Part shown: positions 18,183 to 26,982 of the stretch, one piece after another | Layout of the letters: every line of letters begins with the position of its first letter | Numbering within the stretch: the stretch's first letter is position 1 | Source: Candidatus Spongiisociaceae bacterium | GTDB taxonomy: Bacteria; Actinomycetota; Acidimicrobiia; Spongiisociales; Spongiisociaceae | Reading direction: 5' to 3' | DNA length: 64,000 bases | Assembly (NCBI GenBank): GCA_965202665.1 | Contig: OZ241841.1 | Span: forward strand, 2,688,001-2,752,000 | Notes under the pieces: generated by a model | Seen by the model: only the letters and a program-made list of their open reading frames with translations | Database searches by the model: none | Told to the model about the DNA's origin: nothing | Program-made: the position numbers and the translations under genes

Positions 18183-19216
18183 AAATCGTCTTGGTCTCGC
18201 CTTATTCCCTGGCCGAGCCGGGCGGGGTGCAGGCGCAGGTGACCGGCCTGGCCGAACGGCTGCGGGAGGCGGGGCACCGCGTGCGGGTGGCGGGGCCGGG
18301 AGCGGACGAGGGGGAGGGCGGGGCGGACGCCGGGCGGTGGGTGCGGGTTCCGGTGAACCGATCCAAAGCTCCCATAGCCCTGTCGCCCGCCGTTTTCCGC
18401 CGGGTGCGGGAGGCGGCGGCGGGGGCGCACGTAGTTCACATTCACGAACCTTTTGTTCCGGCGGTGGGTTGGGCCGCTTTGCGGGCGGACGTCCCCAAAG
18501 CGGTGACTTTCCACGCCGACCCCTCCCCAATGGTGCGGCGCCTTTACCGCTGGGCCGGGCCCGGATGGCGGCGGATGCTGTCCGGGGCGGCCGTCTCGGC
18601 GGTCAGCCCCACCGCCCGCCGGGCGGTGGAAAGGATGAGAGTGGAGGCGGAGGTGATACCCAACGGGTTGGATGTGGGTTCCTTCCGGCGGGAGGGGGAA
18701 CGCCGCTCCCGCCAAGTGGTCTTCGTGGGGCGGCCCGATCCGCGCAAAGGACGCGATCTGCTGTTGGCCGCCTGGCCGGCCGTGCGCCGGGCGGTGGCGG
18801 ACGCCCGTCTGGTGATAATCGGAGGCGGGGAGGAAACGGACGCGCCGGGAGTGGAATATGCGGGACGGGCGCCGGAGGAGCGCAAACGGGCCCTGTTAGC
18901 GGCCAGCGAAGTGTTGTGCGCCCCCAATCGGGGCGGGGAAAGTTTCGGGATCGTGGTGGCGGAGGGCATGGCGGCCGGATGCGCGGTGGCAGCCTCCGAC
19001 CTGGAAGCGTTCTCCGATGTGCTGGACGGCGGCGGCTTGCTGTTCCGCGCCGGCGACCGGCGCGATCTGGTGCGGGCCCTGGTGCGGTTGCTGACCGATG
19101 ACCGGTTGCGGGAACGGTTGACGGCCGCCGCCGCCCGCCGGGTGGAGGAGTTCGCCTGGGAGAAGGTGACCGCCCGCTATCTGGAATTGTACCGACGGGC
19201 GCGGGGGGTGGGCTGA
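18179..19216 (+). CDS. pimA: GT4 phosphatidyl-myo-inositol mannosyltransferase
   Basis: SPYS...PGGVQ, HIHEP, TFHA, RKG, APN.GGESFGIV..E.MA; third gene of the operon. Confidence 0.87.
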   Translation: MKIVLVSPYSLAEPGGVQAQVTGLAERLREAGHRVRVAGPGADEGEGGADAGRWVRVPVNRSKAPIALSPAVFRRVREAAAGAHVVHIHEPFVPAVGWAALRADVPKAVTFHADPSPMVRRLYRWAGPGWRRMLSGAAVSAVSPTARRAVERMRVEAEVIPNGLDVGSFRREGERRSRQVVFVGRPDPRKGRDLLLAAWPAVRRAVADARLVIIGGGEETDAPGVEYAGRAPEERKRALLAASEVLCAPNRGGESFGIVVAEGMAAGCAVAASDLEAFSDVLDGGGLLFRAGDRRDLVRALVRLLTDDRLRERLTAAAARRVEEFAWEKVTARYLELYRRARGVG

Positions 19217-19248
19217 GGGGCGGACCGGGGCGGTTGGCGGCAGGGGCG

Positions 19249-19278
19249 TTGACATAGCCGGATGCCGGGTTGGATACT
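19249..19278 (+). promoter_or_regulatory. Putative promoter of pdxS-pdxT-yebC
   Basis: TTGACA (19249-19254), 18 nt, GATACT (19273-19278). Confidence 0.5.
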
Positions 19279-19315
19279 GGTAGCATCACCGGAACGGCAT
19301 CGGCGAGGAGCAACG

Positions 19316-20230
19316 ATGGTGGATGCAAAATTGGATACGCGGCAAAATCGCGAGGTGGGCACCGACCGGGTCAAACGGGGTTTGGCCGAGATGTTGAAAG
19401 GCGGGGTGATCATGGACGTGGTCACCGCCGAGCAGTCCCGCATCGCCGAGGAGGCGGGCGCGGTGGCGGTGATGGCCTTGGAGCGGGTGCCGGCCGATAT
19501 TCGCGCCCACGGCGGGGTGGCGCGCATGGCCGACCCGGCCCGAATTGCGGAAATTATGGAGGCGGTGACCATCCCGGTGATGGCCAAGGCCCGCATCGGC
19601 CATTTTGCGGAAGCGCAGATTCTGCAGAGCCTGGGAGTGGACTACATAGACGAGTCGGAGGTGCTGACCCCGGCTGACATGGAACGCCATATCGACAAGC
19701 GGCCTTTCACCACCCCCTTCGTGTGCGGGGCCCGGAACCTGGGGGAGGCCCTGCGCCGCATCGATGAAGGGGCGGCGATGATACGCACCAAAGGAGAGCC
19801 GGGAACCGGCAACGTGGTGGAGGCGGTAACCCATATGCGGCGCATGAACGCTGAGATAGAACGGGTGCGCTCTTGCGAGGAGGCGCAACTGCCGGCCGTC
19901 GCCGAAGAGTGGCGGGTCCCCGTGCGGCTGGTGCGGGAAACGGCGGAGCGGGGGGCGTTGCCGGTGGTCAACTTTGCGGCGGGCGGGATAGCCACCCCGG
20001 CCGATGCGGCCCTGATGATGCAACTGGGTTGCGACGGGGTGTTCGTGGGTTCGGGCATTTTCAAAAGCGGGGATCCGAAACAGCGGGCCCGGGCCGTTGC
20101 GGAGGCGGTCACCTTCTACCAGGATCCGGGCGTTCTGGCCGAAGTGTCCCGCAACCTGGGCGAACCGATGGTCGGCATCGAAATCGACGCCATCCCCGAC
20201 GGGCAACGTATGCAGGAACGGGGCTGGTAG
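19316..20230 (+). CDS. pdxS: Pyridoxal 5'-phosphate synthase lyase subunit
   Basis: [33 protein letters not shown]; ATG after GAGGAG. Confidence 0.98.
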   Translation: MVDAKLDTRQNREVGTDRVKRGLAEMLKGGVIMDVVTAEQSRIAEEAGAVAVMALERVPADIRAHGGVARMADPARIAEIMEAVTIPVMAKARIGHFAEAQILQSLGVDYIDESEVLTPADMERHIDKRPFTTPFVCGARNLGEALRRIDEGAAMIRTKGEPGTGNVVEAVTHMRRMNAEIERVRSCEEAQLPAVAEEWRVPVRLVRETAERGALPVVNFAAGGIATPADAALMMQLGCDGVFVGSGIFKSGDPKQRARAVAEAVTFYQDPGVLAEVSRNLGEPMVGIEIDAIPDGQRMQERGW

Positions 20231-20237
20231 CCGGCTT

Positions 20238-20846
20238 ATGGGAGAAGCGGCCGCCGGTCGGGGGTCATCCGCCATGGCCGGGGTGCTGGCCTTGCAGGGG
20301 GATTTTCGCGAGCACCGCCGGGCCATGGCCGGGGCCGGGATGAGGACGATGGAGGTGCGCACCCCCTCCGATCTGGAAGAGGCGGACGGGTTGGTGATCC
20401 CGGGCGGGGAGTCGACCGCCATCAGCCGGCTGGCTTCCCGCTACGGGATGATCGAGCCGTTGCGGGAGCGAATCGAGGCGGGCATGCCCGTGCTCGGCAC
20501 CTGCGCCGGAATGATTTTTTTGGCCGCCCGGGTGTCCGACGGCGGAGGCCCCCGGCCGGGGGGGTTGGACATCACCGTGCGGCGCAACGCATACGGCCGC
20601 CAGAACGAATCCTTTGAATGCGACTTGGAGGCGGCTGTCTGGCCGGAGCCGTTGCGGGCGGTGTTCATCCGTTCCCCGATTGTGGAGGAGGCGGGGGAGG
20701 GGGTGGAGGTTCTTGCCGAATGGGACGGGCGCCCGGCGCTGGTGCGGCAGGGCCGCATCTTGGCCGCCGCGTTTCATCCGGAACTGACCGGCGACCTGCG
20801 GTTGCACGGAATGCTGGCCGATATGATGGGGGAGGATCGACGATGA
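20238..20846 (+). CDS. pdxT: PLP synthase glutaminase subunit
   Basis: GVLALQG, PGGEST, GTCAG, RRNA.GRQ..SFE, FHPEL. Confidence 0.96.
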   Translation: MGEAAAGRGSSAMAGVLALQGDFREHRRAMAGAGMRTMEVRTPSDLEEADGLVIPGGESTAISRLASRYGMIEPLRERIEAGMPVLGTCAGMIFLAARVSDGGGPRPGGLDITVRRNAYGRQNESFECDLEAAVWPEPLRAVFIRSPIVEEAGEGVEVLAEWDGRPALVRQGRILAAAFHPELTGDLRLHGMLADMMGEDRR

Positions 20847-20860
20847 CCGGGGAGGGTTGA

Positions 20861-21604
20861 ATGGCCGGGCATTCCAAATGGGCCAACATCAAACACCGCA
20901 AAGGGCGCCAGGACGCGGCCCGCGGCAAGTTGTTTTCCAAACTGACACGGGCCATCGAAGCGGCCGCCCGGGCCGGCGGGGGGGACCCGGCGGGCAACGC
21001 GGTGCTGGCCGCCGCCATCGACAAGGCCCGGTCGGCGTCGGTGCCCAAAGACAACATTGAGCGGGCCGTCAAACGGGGGACCGGGGAGATGGCGGGGGAA
21101 AGCCTGGAGGAAATCTTCTACGAGGGATACGCGCCGGGGGGCGTGGCGCTGTACGTGCAGGTGCTGACCGACAATCGCAACCGGGCCGCCTCCGAAGTGC
21201 GTTCCGCTTTCACCCGTTTCGGCGGGAATTTGGGCGAGCCGGGTTCGGTTTCCTACCTGTTCAACCCGAAAGGGTACGTTTTGGTGTCGGGCGAAGAAGA
21301 GGATGTTTTCTTGGCCGCCATCGACGCCGGGGCGGAGGATGTCCGTCCCAGCGGCGACCAGTTCGAGGTGATCACCGCCCCGGCTGATTTCCCGGCCGTT
21401 TCGTCGGCGATGGGCGAGGCCGGCCTGGCCGTGGAGTCGGCGGAAGTAACCCGGCTTCCCACCGCCACCGTCTCCTTGGACTCCGGCAAGGCGGGGCGGG
21501 TGTTGCGCTTGGTGGACGCCTTGGACGACCTAGTGGATGTCCAAGAGGTGTACGGCAACTTCGACATCTCCGACGAGATTCTGAGCGCCCTGGCCGAAAC
21601 CTGA
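20861..21604 (+). CDS. yebC: YebC/PmpR family protein
   Basis: MAGHSKWANIKHRK, YEGY.PGG, TDNRNR. Confidence 0.97.
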   Translation: MAGHSKWANIKHRKGRQDAARGKLFSKLTRAIEAAARAGGGDPAGNAVLAAAIDKARSASVPKDNIERAVKRGTGEMAGESLEEIFYEGYAPGGVALYVQVLTDNRNRAASEVRSAFTRFGGNLGEPGSVSYLFNPKGYVLVSGEEEDVFLAAIDAGAEDVRPSGDQFEVITAPADFPAVSSAMGEAGLAVESAEVTRLPTATVSLDSGKAGRVLRLVDALDDLVDVQEVYGNFDISDEILSALAET

Positions 21605-21645
21605 TTTTGCGTATTTTGCGCAGAGGGGGCCGGGGGAGGGAGCGG

Positions 21646-23289
21646 TCAGACGGCGTGGACGTGGATGGTGTGGTAGCCGGTGGCGCCGTCCGGGCGGGCG
21701 GGCACTCTTTCCGCGGTCTGGAATTGGCCCGTTCCGTCGGCGGCCCGCACCTGGAGCTGATGCATCCCGGGGGACAGATTTACTTCAATCCGCCACTGCC
21801 GCCAAGAGTCGATGCTCAACTCTTCGGGCATTACGGCCTCCTGCCAGTCGTCGCCGTCCACCGCAACCTCCACCCGGGAAACGCCCCGGGACTGGGCCCA
21901 GGCCACTCCGGCGATGGTGATCGGTCCGGCGTTCATCCGCCCCGGGCGGGGATAGTCGATGCGGGACTGGGTTTTGATGGGGGCTTCCTTGGCCCATCCC
22001 CGGGGAATCCAGTAAGCGTCGAAGTCCTCCCAACGGGCGAACTCTATTTCCGACAGCCATTTGGTGGCGGAAACGTACCCGTACAGGCCGGACACCACCA
22101 GCCGGGCCGGGAACCCGTGTTTGAAAGGGAGCGTTTGATCGTTCATTCCCACCGCCAGCAGAGCCTCCCGTCCGTCGAACAGGGCCGCGGTGGGGAAGCC
22201 GACCGTGAACCCGTCCACGGAACGTCCGATCAGTTGGGTTCCCTCCGGGCGCACCCCCGCTTCTTCCACCAGGGTACGCAACGGCACCCCCAGCCATTTG
22301 CCGTTGCCCACCAGGCCGCCCCCCACCGGGTTGGAGACGCAGGCCAGCGTGATGTAGCGCTCCACCATCGGCTGGGACAGTATCTGCTGATAGGTGAGTT
22401 GCAAAGGACGATCAACCAAGCCGGTCAGGGACAGGGTCCAAGAGTCCAGGTCGACCGTTGGAATTCCCAAAGCGGTGTCGATCTTGTAAAACTGGTCGAT
22501 GGGGGTGACGAGGGGGGAGACGCCGGGGGCGGAGGAAATCTGGGAGGCGGCGGGGTCGGGAACCGGGTCGGAGGCGCCGGGCAGGGCCACCTCTTCCCGG
22601 GTGGCGACCCGGATGCGGGAACGTTCCGTCCAGGCGCGTCCCAGGACGGCGGCTCCGGCGGCGGCCGCCGCCGCGCCGGCCGTTCCGGCCAGAAACGCCC
22701 GCCTGGAGGACGGGGGAGCGGAGAGGCCGGTTGCGTCCGGCTCGCTTTTTCGGTTCTCCCTCTCGATCAGGCAACGCAGGCCGAGCAGGGAGAAGAAACC
22801 GGACGCGGCGGCGGCCGCGGCGGAGATCGCGGTCAGGGCGGTGTTGGCCAAAGGCACGTCCGTTCCCACCCAGAAACCCAGCGCCCCGAAGGCGGCGAAA
22901 GCGGCCGCCCCCGCCCAGGTGAAACGGCGGGCGATCACCCCCACCGCTCCGCCGAGGAGAAGGACGACGACGACCATTCCCCCGATCAGGACGTTTTTGT
23001 CGTTGGTTCCGAACACGTCCACCGCCCAATCTTTCAGAGAAGGCGGAGTCACGTCGATGAAAGCGTCTCCCACCGCCAGCACCAGCGAAGGGGTGGACAG
23101 GTTGAACCCGGACAGCAGTTCCGCCACGCCCAGGGCCAGCCCGGCCGAAACCGCCCCCGCTACGGCGTACATCCACCCGGTGCGCCGCGCCGGGGCGGCA
23201 GTCGGGCCGGCGTCGGATTCCGAGACGGGCGGGGGGGCGGCGGAGGGGTCTTCGGTTTCCACCGGAGGGGGGTCTTGGCGTTCGTCCAT
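21646..23289 (-). CDS. Polytopic membrane molybdopterin oxidoreductase (sulfite oxidase family)
   Basis: About five N-terminal TMs, internal SRRAFL motif, CVSN..GG.L.GN..W.G, HGFPAR..V.G.YG...KW and a Mo-co dimerisation domain. Confidence 0.9.
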   Translation of the reverse strand: MDERQDPPPVETEDPSAAPPPVSESDAGPTAAPARRTGWMYAVAGAVSAGLALGVAELLSGFNLSTPSLVLAVGDAFIDVTPPSLKDWAVDVFGTNDKNVLIGGMVVVVLLLGGAVGVIARRFTWAGAAAFAAFGALGFWVGTDVPLANTALTAISAAAAAASGFFSLLGLRCLIERENRKSEPDATGLSAPPSSRRAFLAGTAGAAAAAAGAAVLGRAWTERSRIRVATREEVALPGASDPVPDPAASQISSAPGVSPLVTPIDQFYKIDTALGIPTVDLDSWTLSLTGLVDRPLQLTYQQILSQPMVERYITLACVSNPVGGGLVGNGKWLGVPLRTLVEEAGVRPEGTQLIGRSVDGFTVGFPTAALFDGREALLAVGMNDQTLPFKHGFPARLVVSGLYGYVSATKWLSEIEFARWEDFDAYWIPRGWAKEAPIKTQSRIDYPRPGRMNAGPITIAGVAWAQSRGVSRVEVAVDGDDWQEAVMPEELSIDSWRQWRIEVNLSPGMHQLQVRAADGTGQFQTAERVPARPDGATGYHTIHVHAV

Positions 23290-23393
23290 CGGTAATGCCT
23301 CTTTCGCAACTTGCTACCGAACCTCATTTTAGGACGGGAGTAGAATAGTGCGCGCCAACAGAGGATTTATCAACCCCAAGGAGGTGTGGGGAA

Positions 23394-23786
23394 ATGAGCG
23401 ACCTTCCCGAGACCGACGCCGAATGGCGGCAACGTTTGACATCCGAGCAGTACCGGGTGGCCCGGCGGGGCGGTACGGAGCGGCCTTTTACGGGGAAGTA
23501 CTGGGATTCCAAAGAGGAGGGCGTCTATCGTTGCGTAGGTTGCGGAGCCGCCTTGTTCAGCAGCGAAGCCAAATATGATTCGGGCACCGGATGGCCCAGC
23601 TATCACAGCGCGGTGGACGGCGCTCCGGTGGAGGAGCACGCCGACCGCAGTTACGGGATGGTTCGCACCGAGGTGCGGTGCAGCGCCTGCGGGTCGCATT
23701 TGGGGCATGTGTTTCCAGATGGGCCGCAACCGACCGGTTTGCGCTACTGCATCAACTCGGCTTCCCTGGATCTGGATCGAATCTGA
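23394..23786 (+). CDS. msrB: Peptide-methionine (R)-S-oxide reductase
   Basis: GTERPF, two CxxC, GWPS, HLGHVF.DGP, RYCINS. Confidence 0.97.
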   Translation: MSDLPETDAEWRQRLTSEQYRVARRGGTERPFTGKYWDSKEEGVYRCVGCGAALFSSEAKYDSGTGWPSYHSAVDGAPVEEHADRSYGMVRTEVRCSACGSHLGHVFPDGPQPTGLRYCINSASLDLDRI

Positions 23787-23832
23787 CCGTCGGTTCGGCT
23801 ATTCAGTCGGGGGAGGGACGGAGAGGCGGCGG

Positions 23833-24615
23833 TTACCGGTTTCCGAACATGTTGGTCAAGCCTCCGATGAGGGAACCTTCCCCGTCCGAACCGCCCGGTT
23901 GCAGATTCTGCAACACCCGGTCGGCGATCCGGTTGAAGGGGAGCGACTGCAACCACACCCGTCCCGCCCCGCTGAGAGTGGCAACGAACAACCCTTCGCC
24001 GCCGAACACCATGGTTCGCAAGTTGCCCGCCCGCTCGATGGAGTATTCGATCTGCGGTTCGAAGGCCACCAGGCAACCTGTGTCCAAACGCAGGGTTTCC
24101 CCCTGCAGATGACGTTCGATGATGGTTCCGCCGGCGTGTAGGAAAGCCATCCCGTCCCCTTGGACGGTCTGCAGTATGAACCCTTCGCCGCCGAACAGCC
24201 CGGTTCCCAGTTTGCGGTTGAAAGTAATGTCCAGTTTGGTGCCCATGGCGGCGCACAGGAAAGCCTCTTTTTGGGCGATTATCCGCCCGCCCAACTGTCC
24301 CAAGTCGAGGGGGACGATTTTGCCCGGATAGGGGGCGGCGAAGGCCGCTTTGCGCAGGGAGCCGCCTCCGTTGGTGAAGTGGGTGAGGAACAGCGACTCA
24401 CCGGAAATGGCCCTCTTGCCCGCCGATTTGATTTTGCCCCAAGCGCCCTGTTTGGGTTCGGAGCCGTCCCCCAAGCGGGTTTCGAACGTGATGTCGGGTT
24501 CCAGGTACATCATGCCGCCCGCTTCGGCGACCACGGTCTCGCCGGGGTCCAAAGCGACTTCCACGAACTGCATGTCGTCGCCGTAAATCTGATAGTCAAG
24601 TTCGTGGCTGCGCAT
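23833..24615 (-). CDS. TIGR00266/AIM24 family protein
   Basis: GDDMQ.VE..LDP.E...AEAG and two FGGEG motifs; start at MRSHE inferred. Confidence 0.9.
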   Translation of the reverse strand: MRSHELDYQIYGDDMQFVEVALDPGETVVAEAGGMMYLEPDITFETRLGDGSEPKQGAWGKIKSAGKRAISGESLFLTHFTNGGGSLRKAAFAAPYPGKIVPLDLGQLGGRIIAQKEAFLCAAMGTKLDITFNRKLGTGLFGGEGFILQTVQGDGMAFLHAGGTIIERHLQGETLRLDTGCLVAFEPQIEYSIERAGNLRTMVFGGEGLFVATLSGAGRVWLQSLPFNRIADRVLQNLQPGGSDGEGSLIGGLTNMFGNR

Positions 24616-24751
24616 TTCATCCGCCTTTCTCCATTCCGGCCGATACGTTGCGGCCGCCATCGGGCAACACTACCACCATTTCGGCCTTCGCCGACCCAAC
24701 CGGCCTTGAACCGGCGCCGTTCGCCGACTGCGAAACTGCGACGAAGGGGGG

Positions 24752-25756
24752 CTACCGGGAGGCCAGTCGGCTGTCTCCGCCGACCATGAAAGAGGCCAGT
24801 TCGGCGCGGGTGGCCCCGTTCGGGTAAGCCCTGCTGACCACCGCCGTAATTTGCCGGGCGGTGATAGCTTGCACGGGACGGAAAGTTCCATCCGGATAGC
24901 CGGTGAACCATCCTCTGCGCACCGCCGCCGTCGCGTCGGGATTGTCGGTGTCGGGCGGGGGGGAGCAGGTGCCGAGCATGCTCCGCAAGGCGCCCCGCTC
25001 CGTTCGGTCGGCGGTCAGCGACCATTTCGTTTTGATCGCTATCCACTCTTGGGCGTACCGACAGTGCGCCGCCCCGGGGCCCGGTCTCCACTCCGCAGGA
25101 TCGGAAGCGGATTTGCGAATGTTCTCCGAGCCGGGCATTACGTACAAGTTGTCGGTGTCTACATAAAACCGCCGCCGCTCCGCTTGCCCCCAGTTGTTTC
25201 CGCCGGAGTCGTGGGCTTCTTTAACCGCCACCAAATGATCGCGGTGAACATTCCCGGAGCAGTCAGGGTTGCTGGCCGAATAGTAGGCCCATTTGCAACT
25301 GCCGGTGCGCCACCGCAGGGCTTGGTTGACGGAAGACGGCCAGCGCACGCTCCACAAGTCCCGGTCGTAACCGCCGACGGCTTCGGGACGTTCCACCAGC
25401 GGCCCGTTGGCCGCCACCCGCCCATCGCCCCCCACCATAAAGGAAGCCATCTCCACCCGGGTGGAACCAGCGGGGAAAGCCCGGCTTACCACCGTCCCGA
25501 GCTGCCCGGCGGTGATGCGCTGGTCCGGTCGGAAAGTGCCATCCGGGTAACCCTGGAACCATCCTTCTCGCACCGCCTGCAAGATGTCCGCACGGCGGGG
25601 GTGAGAAGCGGGCACGTCCGAGAAATCTGTTTGTCCTTCGGCGGGCGCAACCACCAACCCGGCCGTCGCCAGCAAAACAACCAGAACGACCGACAAACCG
25701 GCCATCCGGCGGTCCGCAAGATCCCGACCCGGCCTCACCCGGGCATCTTCCGACAT
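24752..25756 (-). CDS. Secreted SLH-anchored HNH (DUF1524-like) nuclease
   Basis: Signal peptide; SLH repeat (FSDV...GYPDGTFRP) on each side of a DH.V...A..SG..W......F..D..NL......N..K....P..W.P...C.Y...W...K..W.L core. Confidence 0.8.
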   Translation of the reverse strand: MSEDARVRPGRDLADRRMAGLSVVLVVLLATAGLVVAPAEGQTDFSDVPASHPRRADILQAVREGWFQGYPDGTFRPDQRITAGQLGTVVSRAFPAGSTRVEMASFMVGGDGRVAANGPLVERPEAVGGYDRDLWSVRWPSSVNQALRWRTGSCKWAYYSASNPDCSGNVHRDHLVAVKEAHDSGGNNWGQAERRRFYVDTDNLYVMPGSENIRKSASDPAEWRPGPGAAHCRYAQEWIAIKTKWSLTADRTERGALRSMLGTCSPPPDTDNPDATAAVRRGWFTGYPDGTFRPVQAITARQITAVVSRAYPNGATRAELASFMVGGDSRLASR

Positions 25757-25868
25757 AAACCCAGAATACCCCCGCAGGTTCGCAGAACGGCGGATTTACA
25801 GGTTTTTTCCGAGCCGGCCTATCAGGCAGATGGGCATATTGCTAGATTGGTCCCGAAAGGAAGGTGAC

Positions 25869-26504
25869 ATGAAACGGAAGTACCTGACAGACGAAGAACG
25901 GTACGGCCTGACTACAGGACAGGTTGACAGGCTTCTCTACCGAGCCAAACGAGACAGGTGCGATATTTGCCAACGAAAGTGGGCAGAGGTTGCGCACGCA
26001 GCGCGGAAGCGGCCTCAAAACATTGACCACTGCCATGACTGCGATGGCGTGAGGGGGGTGCTGTGCTTCCGATGCAACTACTACGTGGTAGGCGTTCTAG
26101 AAAAAGGCCGATACGTGAGGACCAGGCATTACCGGCGGGCGAAGGACTACATTCTAAAGGGCGGAGCGGAGCATTTGGAAAAAACGGCCGGCCTTTGGGG
26201 GCGGCTGTTGAAGTCCCACAAGATGAGATGCGACTGTCCGAGAGATGTTTTGGAAAAGCGCCTGCGCAGGAAGAAGAAAGCCGGGCAAGCGACGCACTCC
26301 GACCGACTGGACGACCTGGACGGGTTCGCCGCGGACGAAGGGTGCCAACGTTTAGACGACCTGCTAACGGAGCGACTGGGCGGGAAGGCAGGTAGGGACG
26401 ATCCCGAGTCGCGGCAGCGGGCAATCCGCTCTGGGTTCGGCCATATTAAGATGTGCAAGTGGTGTCTCCCAAAGTGGCGCGCCCAGTCGGCTGGCAACCG
26501 GTAG
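25869..26504 (+). CDS. Recombination endonuclease VII-like protein with C-terminal HxxxCxxC zinc finger
   Basis: YGLT...CDIC...IDHCH...VRGVLCFRCN is the Endo VII motif; C-terminal C...HIKMCKWC; ATG after GGAAGG. Confidence 0.8.
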   Translation: MKRKYLTDEERYGLTTGQVDRLLYRAKRDRCDICQRKWAEVAHAARKRPQNIDHCHDCDGVRGVLCFRCNYYVVGVLEKGRYVRTRHYRRAKDYILKGGAEHLEKTAGLWGRLLKSHKMRCDCPRDVLEKRLRRKKKAGQATHSDRLDDLDGFAADEGCQRLDDLLTERLGGKAGRDDPESRQRAIRSGFGHIKMCKWCLPKWRAQSAGNR

Positions 26505-26579
26505 GTCCGGGCAGCGACGCGGAGGTGGCGGCAATCCAGCCCGAATCCGGTTCCCGGACTTGACCCGGCTTTCCCAAGA

Positions 26580-26607
26580 ATGTCCGATAATGCCCGTTAT
26601 GTATAGT
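26580..26607 (+). other. dif: dif-like XerC/XerD chromosome dimer resolution site
   Basis: ATGTCCGATAA-TGCCCG-TTATGTATAGT has the 11-6-11 layout with ATAA-N6-TTATGT core; intergenic; gene strand bias flips here. Confidence 0.85.
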
Positions 26608-26947
26608 TAAACCCGGAAGGGCATTACGGGCTGGCAACCGGCTTAAAGTCTTGTCCAACAAGGGTTTTAGCAATCTGCCAGATCACCCACCTCCGCCCTC
26701 CGTCAGTGATTGCTGGAGAAACATGGCCCGCCTACCCTCGTCGCCCACTCTGCAACCCGCGTGGCCGTCCCTGCTCCGGGGCTATCCACGTAGCCTGCTC
26801 CGTAACGATCCTCGCCCGCATCCAGGATCGAGAACCCGCAATCGGCGCTTGTGCCACTTCAGTCGCACCTACCGCGTCCCACACCTGGACTGCTAACAGT
26901 CCCCAACCGAAAAGCCGGTTGAAATTTCAAAATTTCCCATCTTTGGT

Positions 26948-26976
26948 TTGACTTTGTGTAGTGTTTCTGCAACAAT
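26948..26976 (+). promoter_or_regulatory. Putative leaderless promoter of rloAB
   Basis: TTGACT, 17 nt, (TGc)AACAAT, 6 nt, ATG 26983; perfect palindrome TTGAAATTTCAA at 26919-26930. Confidence 0.5.
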
Positions 26977-26982
26977 CATGAC

